A stretch of DNA of 64,000 bases from the human T2T-CHM13v2.0 reference genome, Homo sapiens (GCF_009914755.1 NC_060947.1), one strand, 5' to 3'. Positions 36,672 through 51,073 are shown, counted from the first letter of the stretch. The notes: generated by a model not told the origin, from the letters alone. Made by a program: numbers and translations.

Positions 36672-37089
36672 CATTTGCAACTGGATATAAAATTTAGACT
36701 CATCTGTTCATTTTGGCAAAAATGGCATTTTGACAGAGATTGTCTTAAATCTGTAGACCAATTTTTGGTCCATTACAGAGTCTTCTTTCCAATCCATTAA
36801 TATGTGATGTTTTCCAATTCATTTCAATCTTTTTAATTTATTTCTAAAGTATTTTGTAGTTTTCAGTGTACAAGCCTTGTATTTCTTTTATAATTATCGT
36901 AATATTATGCAATTTTTTATAAAATTATTTTCTTAATTTCAGTTTCTTTTTTTAAAGTGAAAACAAGCTTATTAAGAAAGTAAGAAAATAAAAGAATGGC
37001 CACTCTATAGGCAGAACAGTGGAATGGTCTGCTGGACTAAGGCTACTTACCATTACTTCTTGATTATATGCTAAACAAGGGATGAACAA

Positions 37090-37098
37090 TTCCCAGAA
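37090..37098. promoter_or_regulatory. GAS (STAT) motif TTCCCAGAA in the MER41 U3
   Basis: Fits TTCNNNGAA at the position where MER41B LTRs carry STAT1 sites. Function untested. Confidence 0.45.
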
Positions 37099-38176
37099 CT
37101 AAGGGTTTCTCCTTTTTTTAGACCACATAGGGAAACTTTCTGACATTGCCATGACATTTGTAAACTGTTATGGCACTGGTGGGAGTGTCTTTTAGCATGC
37201 TAATACATTATAATTAGTGATAATCAGCAGTGAGGACAACCACAGGTCACTTTTCTTGCTATCTTGGTTTTGGTAGGTTTTGGCTGGCTTCTTTATCACA
37301 TGCTGTTTTATCAGCAAGGTCTTTGTGGCCTGTATTTTGTGCAGACATCCTATCTCATCCTATGAATTAGAATGCCTTAACCTCCTGTGAATGCAGACCA
37401 GTAGGTCTCAGCCTTATTTTATTCAGCCTCTATTCAAGATAGAGTCACTCTGGTTCAAACATCACTGACATATTTTCCACCTTCCTTTTATAAGAGAACC
37501 CTAATCCTAAGGGTTGTAGAGAAATGAAGATCCATCTTCTGTACGTTCTCCAGGCTGATTAGTGGCGATGATATTCCTGTGTAACTATTAGGGTCTCTTA
37601 TATTTAATATAGCAAGGAGCATTGGTTTGTTGAGGGCCATTAATAACTCTGAGTTTTGACAAAAGGTGATATCTGGAAGATTAATTAGTGTTCAAATTAA
37701 GAAAACATTGAGTAAACTTACCATGCCTTCCTACACATAGAGTGCAACAGCAATATATTTCACAAGAGTAAAGCAAAATGAGTTAAACTATCCAAAGTAA
37801 ACAAATCTAAAAGGCTTTCCATGAACTGGGCATCTGCTCCAAGCTGATATGAGGTTGCTGGCTGATTTCAATTCATTCCCAGAATTAGAATATTGATTCA
37901 GAATTTTACATTACCCATTCCTCTTGGTTTTTTTCTGAGCAGCAGTCAGAGATTACTGGTTGGTTCGCAGGAGTAATTAGGGTTAGTCTAAATTGCACTA
38001 AATGAAAAGTTCAAAACAACTAATGAGACTAAAAACTAATAACAGGTGTACCATAATAACTGAAACAATATTTTCTCTCTCCAGTCTCCCATTTTTTACT
38101 AAAGACAAATCATGGTAAGACTGATTTGCCTAATTATACTTGGCCTGATTATTTGTATAAAGTGCAGTAAAAGCCA

Positions 38177-38309
38177 TCTCTGAGATTCCTTATGGAACAG
38201 AGTTCCATCAAAGCCAATTAAAAACTCTGTGTGTAAAAGCCTGTTTTTACTTTTAATTATTTTCCACATTGGCTTTGATGGAACTCTGTTCCATATGGAA
38301 TCTCAGATA
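38177..38309. repeat. Inverted repeat, 42-bp arms (40/42 identical), 49-bp spacer
   Basis: tctctgagattccttatggaacagagttccatcaaagccaat (38177-38218) versus attggctttgatggaactctgttccatatggaatctcagata (38268-38309). Confidence 0.92.
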
Positions 38310-40171
38310 AGACTTTTTTTTAAAAAAGCTGAGCCCAGTCATGCCTTTGTACTGTCAAATACCTGTATATGTTGGGTAAATTCCTCTCCTCTTGAGGTCC
38401 CAAGATAACTTGAGGATCCTGGGCCTGTCAGGAAATAACATTTTTTTACTTACCACAGGTCAGGAACCCTGTACAGGGACTGTGTAGACAAGGTATGCGG
38501 CCAGTTTTCCCAAGGGGCTTTTATTAGCACTCTATAAATCAAGTTTGATTCCTTAAAGGAAAGCATGCTATTCCAGTCAAACACTTGGTAAAGTAACCAG
38601 GTTCTCCAATTGTGTCTTGTTACAAAAGAAACAGATTCTTATTGCACTTATGCAAATTTCTATTGCCATAAGTTTAGAATACTCACAAATAGTCTTCAAA
38701 TTCTGGAGAAATCAGGTAAGAGAAACAAATATGGTCCAAATTTTGTTCACATAAGTATGCTTTACTCAATTGTTAAAATCTGTCAATAGCTCAAAAGAAA
38801 AGTTTCCTTGACTATGAAAAAGAAAACAAAGAATGAGAAACATTTTAAGCAAAAAGTCAAAAAGATTACTGCAGTCTTCTACTAGTCCAGTCCATGCAGT
38901 TAACACTTGTCCTTCTTGGTATTCATGAACATTCCAGCTTTTTACAAGAGCCCTGAAAGTTGTTTCATTCCACCAGTTTTCACAGAGAAAAAGGAACGGG
39001 AAGGGAGAAAAGCATTGCCTGTGGTGGGGTGGGGACTGAGAGGAGCACAGGGAGGCCAGAGGAAGGCCCACCCATCCAAGCAATTCTGAATCAAAAGTTC
39101 ATGTGGACACTTGTCAGTAGTAAAGGGATTCCAGCAGTCCCATCAGCTCTCAAGCTTCCCCTTTTGGGGAGGACAAAGCTCCCTATTTCCCATTATCCTG
39201 TACATGCCTAATCCTGTCACTCATGGCCATCAGGAAAGAGTGCAGATTAATCCAAAGAGAATAGCAGTTAACATCTGTAGTGGGTAATCTATTTTTACCT
39301 AAGAGAGACTTCACAGAGCGGCCTCTAACCCCTTAAGTCTTAGAAAGGACTTTAACTTTCCTAAGTTGGGCCACAAACCCAAGTTTAGTTGTGTCCTTGT
39401 CTTTTATTAAGAGGAACCTTTAACCCACTCTGTGTTAGGAGAGGCTCCAACTCCCCTAAATTGGGCCGCTAACTCAATTCCATCCTTTACCCAAATACTC
39501 CACCACTTTACACAATGTCAGACAATTGGTATTTCTGTCTATTTCCTTTGGATCAGGGGTCTCCTCAGTATCATCCCTTCATCATTCACCAGGAAGATGT
39601 TACCAGAAAGGGACTATTATCCAGATCCCAAGAGATCATTCTTGGATCTCATGCAAGAAAGTATTTGAGGCAAATTCTGAAAGTGAAAACAAGTTTGTTA
39701 AGAAAGTAAAGGAATAAAAGAATGGCTACTCCATAAGCAGAGCAGCCAATTTCATCTGCAGATTGTTTGTTGCTAATGTATAGATATGATTGATTTTTCT
39801 ATTGATCTTATATCACCATGCTGTAATTTTATTCATTCTAGTTTTTATAGTGGATCCTTTGAGTTTTTTTTAAACAAGGTTATGTAATCTGCCAATAGAG
39901 ATCATTTTATCTCTTCTTTGTGTCCAGGTCCCTTCAGTTGATTTCCTTGTCTAATTGTTCTTGATAGAACATCTAGGATAATGTTAAACAGAAATGGTGA
40001 GAGCAGACATACCTGTCCTGTTCATTTTGTTTGAATTTGGTTTGTTTTATTTGATCTCAGGAGGAAAACATTCAGTCTTTCACAATTAAGAGTGATGTTT
40101 ACTGTTTATATGTATAAACGTCCTTTATCAGGTTGAAGAAGTTTCCTCTTATTTCTAGTTTTTGAGTATTT

Positions 40172-41241
40172 TTTTAAAAATGTTAAGTTCAGGGTACAAG
40201 TGCAGGTTTGTTACATAGACAAACTTGTGCCATGAAGGTTTGTTGTGCAGATTATTCATCACCCAGGTATTAATACTAGTACCCATTAGTTATTTTTCCC
40301 ATTCCTCTTCCTTCTCCCACCCTCCAACCTCCAAAAGACCCCAGTGTGTATTGTTCCTTTCAATGTGTCCATGTGTTTTTATCACTTAGCTCCCACTTAT
40401 AAGTGAGAGCATGCAGTATTTGTTTCTTGTTCCCATGTTACTTAGCTAAGGATAAAGACCTCCAGCTACCTCCATGTCCTTGCAAGGGTGCAAGGGACAT
40501 CATCTCATTCTTTTTTATGGGTGCGTAGTATTCCATGGTGTGTATATACCAGATTTTCTTTATCCAGTCTATCATTAATGGGTATTTAGGTTGATTCCAT
40601 GTCTTTGCTCTTGTGAATAATGCTGCAATAAACATACACGTGCATGTGTCTTTATAATAGAAGGATTTATATTCCTTCGGGTATATACCCAGTAATTTGA
40701 TTGCTGGATTAAATGGTATTTCTGTCTTTTGGTCTTTGAGGAATTGCCTCACTGTCTTCCACCATGGCTGAACTAATTTATGCTCCCACCAACAGTGTAT
40801 AAGTGTTCCCTTTTCTCCACAAACTCACTAGTATCTTTTATTTTTGACTTTCTAATAATGGCCATTAATGGTTTATTGTGGTTTTGGTTCACATTTCTCT
40901 AATGCTCAGTGATGTTAAGTTTTTTTTTTTTATATGATTGTTGACCACATATATGCTCCTTTTGAAATGTGTCTTTTCATATCCTTTGCTTGCTTTTTTT
41001 ATGGGGTTGTTTGTTTTTTCTTTTAAATTTGTTTAAGTTTCTTATAGGTGCTGGATATTAGCCCTTTGTTGAATGAATAATTTGCAAATATTTTCTCTCA
41101 TTTAGTAGGTTATCTATTTACTCTGTTGATAGTTTATTTTGCTGTACAGAAGCTCTTTAGTTTAACTAGATTCTATTTGTCAATATTCACTTTTGTTGTA
41201 GTTGCTTTTTGCGTCTTCATCATGAAATCTTTGCCTGTGCC
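40172..41241 (-). mobile_element. 5'-truncated L1PA (L1PA8-12-like) 3' end
   Basis: 3'UTR 'gggtacaagtgcaggtttgttacatag' and ORF2 C-terminal ORF 40438-40752. Confidence 0.88.
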
Positions 41242-43189
41242 TATAAAAGAAAAGGTATTGGGTTTTGTGAAATGCTTTTTCTGCGTTGATTGACATAATC
41301 ATGTGGTATTCATACTTTATCAAGTTTATCCATTGATTTTCATATGTTAAACTGACCATGATAAATCCCACTTGGTCATGATGTATAATATTCCTTATAT
41401 GTTGCTGGATTATGTTGCTAGTTTTTTGGTCAGGCTTGTTTGTGTCTGCAGCTACAAAGAACACTGTTCTATAATTTTCTCTTCATGTGATATATTTAAT
41501 TATTTTGGGGATTAATGTAGTACTGGCATGATAGAATGAGATAAGTAAACACTATTTTTTAAAGATATTCTAAAGTATTTTAAACATTTTTCTGTAAGAG
41601 CACATGAGAAGAGTATGCATTCTGCTTTTTGGGGGTCCTGTGCTCTACAGATATATGTTAGGTCTAATTTGTCTAGATTACACTGTTGTTCTATCCTTGG
41701 TAATCTTCTGATTAGTTATTATATTAACTATCATGTGTCACTTTGATGACTCCAACTATTATTGTGCAATTTTTAAAGTATCTCCCTCAATTCTGTTAGT
41801 TTTGATTTATGTATTATGAGGCTATTTTATTATGTGTACATAGATTTATAATTATTATGTCTTCTTGAAGAATTTATATTTACATCATCATAAAACATGC
41901 TTCATAGTCACTAGTAACATTTTTTCTTTTAATGTCTATTTTATCTCGTGATACTATAGCTGCTCAACTGTCTTATAGTTGTTGCTTGCAGTGTATAACT
42001 TTTCCATTTTTTTTACTTTAAATTATTTGTGTCTTTTACTCTAAAGGGTGTCTCTTCTTAAAAGAAGATAGTTAGCTAACATATTTTAAATTTTATTGTA
42101 ATAAAATCACATAACATAAAATTTACCATAGATCATGTTATGTCAATTTTGCCAATATTTTATTTTTGATAGAAGTATTAAATTCATTTACATTTAGTTA
42201 CTTCTGAAGAGATTCAATCTGACATTTTATTTTTTGTTTTCTGCATGCCTAACATATTTTATTCTTTATTACTTTTAGTTTTTTATCAACATAATATTTG
42301 TACATATATATATGGTACATGCGTTTTTTTATATGTATAGAATGTGTAATGGTCAAATCAAGGTACTTAGGGTATTCATCACCTCAAGTATTTATTATTT
42401 CTATGTGCTGAAAACCGTTTAAGTCCTCTTTTCTAGCTATTTGAAATATGTGTACATCACTGTAAAAATTAGAACATGTTCCTTCTATCTAACCGTATAT
42501 TTGTACCCATTAACCAACCTCTTTTTATCCCCTTTCACACACCCATCCTTCCCAGCTTCTAGTAACTATCATTCTATTGGCTACTTCTATGAGATCAACT
42601 TTTTTAAAGGCCCTACATATGAGTGAGACAAGTGACATTTGTATTTCTGTGCATGGCTTATTTCACTTAACATAATGACCTTCAGTTCCATCCACGTTTC
42701 TGCAAATGACAGGATTTCAATTTTTTTGGTGATTCATAGTTCATTGTGTATATATACAGTATTTCTTTATCCGTTTATCTCTTGATGGACACTTAAATTG
42801 ATTCCATTGCTTTACTACTGGGAATAGTGCTGCAATAAACATGAGGATGCAGGTACTCCTTTTATAAACTGATTTTCTTTCCTTTGAATATAAACCCATT
42901 AGTGGGAGTGCTAGATCATATAGTTTTAGTTTTGTGAGAGATCTCCATACTGTTTTCCATAATGGTTGTAGTAATTTACATTACCACCCATAGTGTATAA
43001 TACTTCAATTTTCCTTTCATCCTTGCCAGCATCTGCTATTTTTTGACATTTTAATAATGGCCTTTCTAACGGGTAAAATGATAATTTATGGTGGTTGAAA
43101 TGATTCATAATATTGGAAATCTCTTCATATATTTATTGGCAGTTTGAATGTCCTCTTTTCATAAATATCTATCCATATGTTTACCCAAT

Positions 43190-46058
43190 TATTTATTTAT
43201 TTATTTAACTTTTATTTTAGGTTTAGGGGTACATGTGCAGGATTGTTATACAGGTAAACTGCATGTCATGAGGGTTTGGTGTACAGATTATTTAGTCACC
43301 CACATAATAAGTATAGTACCCAATAGGTATATTTTTTATTTCCTTCCTACTTCCACCCTCCACCCTCAAGTAGGTCCTGGTGTCTGTTATTCCCCTCTTG
43401 CTGTCCATGTGTTCTCATTTTTTAGCTCCCTCTGATAAGTGAGAATGTATGATATTTGGTTTTCTGTTTCTGCACTAGTTTGCTTAGCATAATAGTCTCC
43501 AGCTCCATTCATATTGCTTTAAAGGACGTAAACTCATTCTGCCTTATGGCTGCATAGTAATCCATGGTGTTTGTGTGCCACATTTTCTTTATCTATCTAG
43601 TCTACTGTTGATGGGCTTTTAAGATGATTCCATGTCGTTGCTACTGTGAATTGTGCTGCAATGAACATATGTGTGGCATGTGTTGTTATGGTTAAATGAT
43701 TTATATTCCTTTGGGTATATACCCAGTGATGAAATTTCTGAGTCCAATGGTAATTCTGTTTCAAGTTCTTTGAGGAATCGCCACAATATTTTCCACAATG
43801 TTCGAACGGATTTACACTGCCACCAGCAGTGCATACGCATTCCCTTTTGTCTGAAACCTCACCAGAATCTGTTATTTTTTGACTTTTTGATCATAGCCAT
43901 TCTGACTGATGTGAGATGGTATCTCACTGTGGTTTTGATTTGCATTTCTCAAATGGTTAGTAATGTTAAGCATCTTATTTTATATGACCGCTGGCCACAT
44001 GTATGTCTTCTTTGGAAAAGTGTCTGTTTCCATCCTTTGCCCACTTTTTGATGGGTTTTTTTTTTACTTGTAAATAGTTAACTGATAAACTCTGGATATC
44101 AAACATTTGTGGGATGCATAGTTTGCTAATATTTTCTCCCATTCTGCAGGTTGTCTGTTTACTCTGTTGATAGTTTCTTTTGCTGTGCAGAAGCTCTTTA
44201 GTTTGATTAGTTTCCATTTGTCAATATTTGCTTTTGTTGTAATTGCTTTTGGCATCTTTGTCATAAAATCTTTGCCGGATTTTATGTTCTGAATTGTATT
44301 TCCTAGGTTTATCCCCAGAGTTTTTATAGTTTGGGGTTTAAAATTTAAGTTGTTAATCCATATTGAGTAAATTTTTGTATATAATATAAGGAAGAGGTTC
44401 AGTTTCAGTCTCCTCAGATAGCTAGCCTGTTATTTCAGCACCAATATTTTAACAGCGAGTAATTTCCCCTTTGCTTGTTTCTGTCAACTTTGTCAAAGAT
44501 CAGATGGTTTGTCTATGTCTCTGTTTCTTTACCAGTGTCATGCTGTATTGTTTACTCTAGCCTTGTAGTATGGTTTGAAGTTAGGCAATGCAATGCCTAA
44601 AGCTTTCTTCCTTTATATTAAGCTTGTTTTTTCTATTTGGTCTTTTTGTTGTTGTTGTTCCCTACGAATTTTAAAATAAATTTTTCTAGTTTTGTGAAGA
44701 ATGTCTTTGGTAGTTTAATAAAAATAGCTTTTTTTTTTCTTTTTTGACAGAGTCTTGCTCTTTCACCCAGGCTGCAGTGCAATGGCCCTATCTTGGCTCA
44801 CTGCAACCTCCACCTCCTGAGTCCAAGTGATTCTCCCGCCTCAGCCTCATGAGTAGCTGGGATTACAGGGTACCGCCATCACAGCTGGCTAAATTTTGTA
44901 TCTTTGTAGAGATGGGATTTCACAATGTTGGCCAGGCTGGTCTTGAACTCCTGACTTCAGGTTATCTGCTTGCCTCGGCCTCCCAAAGTGCTGGGATTAC
45001 TAGTGTGAGCCACCACCGTGTCTGGCCGAGGAATAGCTTTGAATCTGTAAATTGCTTTGAGCTGTAGGGCCATTTGAATGATATTCATTCTTTCTATTCA
45101 TGAATATGGAATATTTTTCTACTTGTTTGTGTCATCTCTGAATTCTTTGAGCAGTGTTTTGTAATTCTCATTGTAGAAATATTTCATCTCTCTTGTTAGC
45201 ATTATTCCTAGGTATTTTATTTTTGTGTGTGGGTATTATGAATGGAATTGTATTTCTGATTTGGCTCTCAGCTTGGATACTGTTGATGTAAAAAAACGTT
45301 ACCGATTTTCGTACCCTAATTTTGTCACCTGAGATGTTGCTGAAGTTGTTTATTAGGTCGAGTAGCTTCTGGGCAGAGATTATGAGTTTTTCTAGATATA
45401 GAATCATGTCACGTGAAAAAGGTATAGTTTGACCTTTTCTCTTACTATTTGGATGCTTTTTATTTTTTGTCTTGCCTAATTCTTCTGGCCATGACTTCCA
45501 GTACTATGTTGAATAGTGAGAAAGGGCATCCTTTTCTTGCTCTGTTTTTCAAGAGAATGCTTCCAGCTTTCACCCATTCAGTATGATGTTGGCTGCTGAT
45601 TTGCCACAGAGGGCACTTATTATTATTTTGGGATATGTTCCTTTGATGCTTAGATTTTGATTTTTTCTTGTCTTGAAGGGATGTTGGCTTTTACTGAAAT
45701 ATTCTTTACATCTATTGAGATGATCATATAGTTGCTGTTTTTAATTCTGTTTATGTGATGAATCGCATTTATTGATTGGCATATGTTGAATAACCTTGTA
45801 TCCCAGAAATGAAGCCTACTTGATATGCTGCTGGGTCCAGTTCACTAGTAGTTTGTTGAGTATGTTTGCTCATCAAGGATATTGGCCTGAAGTTTTCTTT
45901 TTTTGCTGTGTCTTTGCCAGGTTCTGGTATCAGGATGATGCTGCCCTTACGAAACAAGTTAAGGAGGAGTCCCTTCTTCTCAATTTATTTGGAATAAATA
46001 AATAAATAGCTTCAATAGTATTGTTACTAGCTCTTTTTTATACATCTGGTAGAATTTA
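43190..46058 (-). mobile_element. 5'-truncated L1 (L1PA13-16-like), contains an Alu
   Basis: (TTTA)n tail, 3'UTR 'ggtttaggggtacatgtgcaggattgttatacaggtaaac', ORF2 remnants to ~46058. Confidence 0.85.
44729..45030 (-). mobile_element. Alu (AluS-like)
   Basis: PolyT + dimer; TSD aatagcttt. Confidence 0.93.
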
Positions 46059-49000
46059 GTCTTTTCTTAATTTTTAAGTGAATTTATTTTTGCTGTTGTG
46101 TTGCTTCAGTTTATTATAAATTCTGGATATTAACCTCTTGTTAGATAAAATTTGTAAATATTTTCTCTCATTCAGCAGGATGTCTCTTCATTTTGCAGAT
46201 TGTTTCCTTTGCTGTGCAGAAGTGTTTAGTTTGATTTAGTTTTATTTTTCTATTTTGTTTTTGTTGCCTGTGGTTTTGAGTTCTTAGCCATAACATCTTT
46301 GCCTACTGGTGACCTGGGGTGTTTCTTGTGGTTTTTTTTTAGTACTTTTATAGATTTTTGCATTATGTTTGAGTCTTTAGTGCATTTCAGTTGAGTTTGT
46401 TGATATGGAGAGAAATGGGGGGACTAGTTTTATTTTTCTGCATATGAATATCCAAATTTTCTAGAAAAAATTATGAAAAAATATTTCATTTTTCAAATAC
46501 ATGTTCTTGGTGCCTTTGTTGAAAATTAGTTGGTTATAAATACTTGATTGAATTTCTGGGTTCTCTCTTCTGCTCCATTAGTCTTTCTGTCTAGTTTTCT
46601 ACCAATACCATGCTGTTTTGGTTATATAACCTTGTCGTTCTAAGTTCGATAGTATGATGCCCTTAAATTTCTTCTTTTTGCTCAGATTTATTTTTGAGTA
46701 TTTGGGTGTTTTGCTTTTTGTTTTTTTATTTGCTTCCATAGTAATACTAGGGTTGTTTTTGTCTAATTCTATAAAAAATGGCATTAGTATTTTGATAGGG
46801 ATTTTATTGAATCCGTAGATTCCTTTGGATAGTATAATCATTTTAACAATGTTAATTCCTGAGCATTATCATTTTAAAAATATTAATTTCAATATTAGCT
46901 CATGAGCATGAAATGTCTTTCCATTTGTATTCCTTGTTGAGGTCTTTTGCCCTCTTGGTTAAATTTATGCCTAGGTCTTTTATGTTATTGTAGCTATTGT
47001 AAATGGGATTACCTTGCTGATTTTTTTTAGCTAGTTATTATTACTGTATTTAAAACAGTGATATTTGTATGTTTCTTTTGTGTCTTGCAACTTTACTAAA
47101 TTTGTTTATCAGCTCTAAGAGGTTTCTACAGTTTAGTTTTTAGGTTTTCCAAATATAAGATCATTTAAAGGACAAAGAAGGACAATTTTAATTCCTATTT
47201 TCCAATTTGGATGCTTTTTATTTCTTTCTCTTGCCTGGTTGCTCTGGCTAGCACTTCCGGTAGTATGTTGAATAGGAATGGTGAAAGTGGGCATACTTGT
47301 CTTGTTCCAGTTTTTACAGGAAAGGCTTTCAGCTTTTGCCCATATAGTATTATGTTAACCATGGATTGGTAATACAGGGCCTTTTTTATTTCAAGTTATG
47401 TTATTTCTGTGACTAGTGTTTTAAGAGTTTTTGTCATTAAGGAATGCTGAATTTTATAAAATACTTTTTCTTCATCTATTGAGATGAACATATAGCTTTT
47501 GTTTTTCATTTTTTGATGTGATGTAACATATTTATTGATTTCCTTTTTTCTTTGTGTTGGAAACCAGAGGTTTATTATCACTCAAATCAGTCTTTCCAAG
47601 CATTCGGGAATCAGCATTTTTAAGGATAATTTGGTGTTGGGGGCAGTGAGTTGGAAGTACTAATTAGTTGTGTCAGAGATAAAATCACAGAGAGTCAAAG
47701 TTGTCTTCCTGAGCTGATTCAGTTTCTGAGTGGGGTCCCCAAGATCAGATGAGCCAGTTTATCATTCAGGGTGGTGGCAGCTGATCCATCAAGTACAGGG
47801 TCTGCAAAATATCTCAAGCACTGCTCTGCAGTTTTACAATGGTGATGTTATCCCCAGGAGCAATTTGGGGAAGGTCAGAATCTTGTAGCCTCCAGCTAAA
47901 TAACTCCTAAACCATAATTTCTAATCTTGTGGCTAATTTGTTAGTCTTAAAAAGGCAGTCTAGCTCCCAGGCAAGAAGGAGATTTCTTTTGAGAAAGGGC
48001 TCTTATTGTCTATCTTTAAGACTATAAACTATAATAAATTCTTCCCAAAGTTATTTCAACCTACTTCCAGGAATAAACAAGGACAGTTTGGAGGTTAGAA
48101 GCAAGGTGGAGTTGGTTAGGTCAGATCTCTTTCACTGTCTCAGTTATAATTATGCACTGATGGTTTCAATCTCTCCCTTTGGGTTTTATAACACCTTAAT
48201 CAAGGTTTTGGCTAATGAAGACGGGAAAAGGGTGACAACCACTCTAACTTATTTCTGTAGACCAGGGGTATAGTGCAGGTTGCCGTTAACCCCCAAGTGA
48301 GAGGAGTGGAACCACTTTGCAACTGTTTTGAGCATATGAACATACTCTGGCAGGCTGGGCTGGGTTTCCAAAGCTTGTATGACAAAGGCATTAGTATTCT
48401 CATTAGTAGTTTTAGCACAGCATTTAAGAGAACAGCATGCTACTTGGTAAACAATGAGTTCTAGGATAAAGAATGCAATTCCTAGTTTTAAAAGTAAAGA
48501 TTGAAAAGCATTAGTTTGGGGACTTGTAGGCCATAAAGAATTTAGGATGTAATTCAAATTTCATGAAAAAACACTTAAGAATAACTAGCAATAGGTGGAC
48601 TATAGTTGTTTTTGAAACATATTTTTTCCCTTTCCAGTCCCCATTTTTATTAAAGATAAATTATAGTAGGTCAAATTTACTTGCAAAATACATTTTACTC
48701 TTTTTTAAAGTCGGCTGTGCTGGAACTTTTTTTCTACAAGGAATCTCAGATTGTACTTTTTAAAGCCTTGAAGCCAGGCCATGGGTTTGTACCCTCAAAT
48801 ACCTATGAGTTTCTCACCTTGATATCCCAACATAACTTGGAGCTCCTGGGGCTGTCAGAAAATGACATTCTTTACTTACCACAGTTCAGGAACCAATACT
48901 TACAAATAGTTTCTAAATTCTGGAAAAATCAGGTAGAGAGAAATCAATATGCCTCAAATTTTATTCACAGGAGTATACATTACTCAATCACTAAATCTTG

Positions 49001-49500
49001 TAAATAATTTAAAAGAAAAAGTTTTCTTGACTCTGAAACACCAAAATTTAGCAATGTTTAACACATCAGCTCTCAATGAGAGTCCTAGAAGTTTGCCTTA
49101 TTCCTTCTATCCCAATAGAACAATTTCTAAGTTTATCAGAGACCTGCATTCCTTAGTACCATCAGAGTTCTCTGTGTGATTATGAACAAGGCAACAATTT
49201 ACACTATACCTGAAGGATTCCCTTTAGTATTGCATTTAGTATATATCATCTGGTGACAATATTCTTAGTGTTGGTTTGTTGACAATGTTACTATTTCTTC
49301 TTAATTTTGGAAATATTTTCACTGGGTATGTTATCTTCCTCCAAAAAGGATTTACATGTGCTTAGGGCCAAGGACTAGGTTAGGGGCATTGGTAATACAG
49401 AGAATTTGATTTAAGTGAAGGACTGGGATGACTCAAGGACAGCTGGCTTATTTTAATTTACCTCTGTTCCTAGGGTGCATTGCTTCTGGGTTCCAACCTA

Positions 49501-49888
<388 letters not shown>

Positions 49889-49932
49889 CTACCAAAAGCT
49901 CTGCTCAGCTTCTCTGCCTCTTAACTGCCTTT

Positions 49933-49978
49933 TGTTTGTTTGTTTGTTTGTTTTTTGTTTTGTTTTGTTTTGTTTTTT
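49933..49978. repeat. (GTTT)n/(GTTTT)n microsatellite
   Basis: Direct inspection. Confidence 0.9.
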
Positions 49979-50269
49979 TAAATTGGCAGGTGCTTCCAAG
50001 AGAAAAGCAGCCAAAAATGCTGGGCTCATCTCTCTAAATTTCCTCCTTCTTTTGGATTTTGGCCCTATAATCTTTCACTGATTTGAATGTAAACAGATTT
50101 TTAAAAAAATTGTATTCAGCTTTCCTAGCTGCTCTCACTAGGATGGATGGTCAGAATTATCTAGATCATCATGATTGAGGGCAAAACCATTGGTACCCTG
50201 CCCATATTCTCTTGGCAATACCTTTTCTGTGTATGCTGATCTTATGGTTTATTCCATCTCATTGTAGAC

Positions 50270-50762
50270 TGTACTGGGATGAAAAGTGTGTCTCCCCAAA
50301 ATATCAGTTCCTAATCCCTGGAAACTTTAAATGTTACCTTACAAGGAAAAAAAATATTTTTGCATGTGTGGTTAAATCAAGGAGGCTGAGATGGGGAAGA
50401 CTATGCCGGATTACTTGGGTGTGACCTGAATGCCATCCCAAGCGTCTTTATGAGAGAGAAACAGAGGGAAATTTTGCACACACATGCAGAGGAGAAGGCA
50501 ATATGAAGACAGAGGCGAAGGTGAGAGTGATGCAGTCACAAGGCAAGGGAAGCCGGCAACCACTGGGAGTTGAGTTGAAAGAGTTAAGCAACAGATTCTC
50601 CTCTAAATCCTTTGAAGGAGTGCAGTCCAGTTGACACCTTGATTTCAGTCCAGTGATACTGATTTTGGATCTCTGGTCCCCAGGACTGTGAGAGAATATA
50701 TTTTTGTGGTTTTAAGCCACCCAGTTTCTAGTAATTTTTTACTGCAGCCACAGAAAACATAC
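50270..50762 (+). mobile_element. MLT1 (MLT1C/D-like) MaLR solo LTR
   Basis: MLT1 hallmarks 'cctaatccctggaa...atgttacctta', 'gacaccttgatttcag' and 'ttttaagccacccagttt...gcagccacagaaaac'. Confidence 0.88.
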
Positions 50763-51073
50763 CTAGATTGTTTCCATCAAAGCATTTTTATATCATTTTC
50801 CTATCTCATTTAATTAAATACCGTAAGACACCTGACAGGTTCAAAGCCTTGAGTCCCTGTCCTTCAGAAACTCACAATCTGCTATCATAAGTAATTCTGA
50901 CCCAACCTGACAATAATAATCAAGTGCTAAAATTAAAATAAAATATCAAAGAAAATATGGGAGAGGGAGAAATTAATTTTAGCTGAGGGAACCCAGGAAG
51001 TCATCTTAGATAGGATGGTATTTAAAGATCTTTTACTGCCTTCAAACTCCTCACACTTTGTGTTTTTATGTAA

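Larger units (their letters stand above)
36947..39747 (-). mobile_element. MER41(B)-like ERV1 element in processed-mRNA form: R-U5 (39598-39747), internal, U3-R (36954-37470), polyA
   Basis: LTR start (minus) 'tgtcagtgatgtttgaaccagagtgactc' is MER41. PPT at 37471-37490. The 5' LTR lacks U3; the 3' LTR lacks U5 and ends in an A tail. Degenerate TSD aatttcagtttc / aatttcatctgc. Confidence 0.85.

Noticed and set aside
42085-42130. Possible ~45-bp L1MB 3'-terminal insertion
   Set aside because: Too short and AT-rich, with no convincing TSD.
48885-48910. ~210-bp gap versus the homologous MER41 interior (38468-38676) as a spliced intron
   Set aside because: The missing piece ends in AG on the sense strand but does not start with GT; the donor-like GTAAGT is retained 9 nt upstream. 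A plain deletion is as likely.
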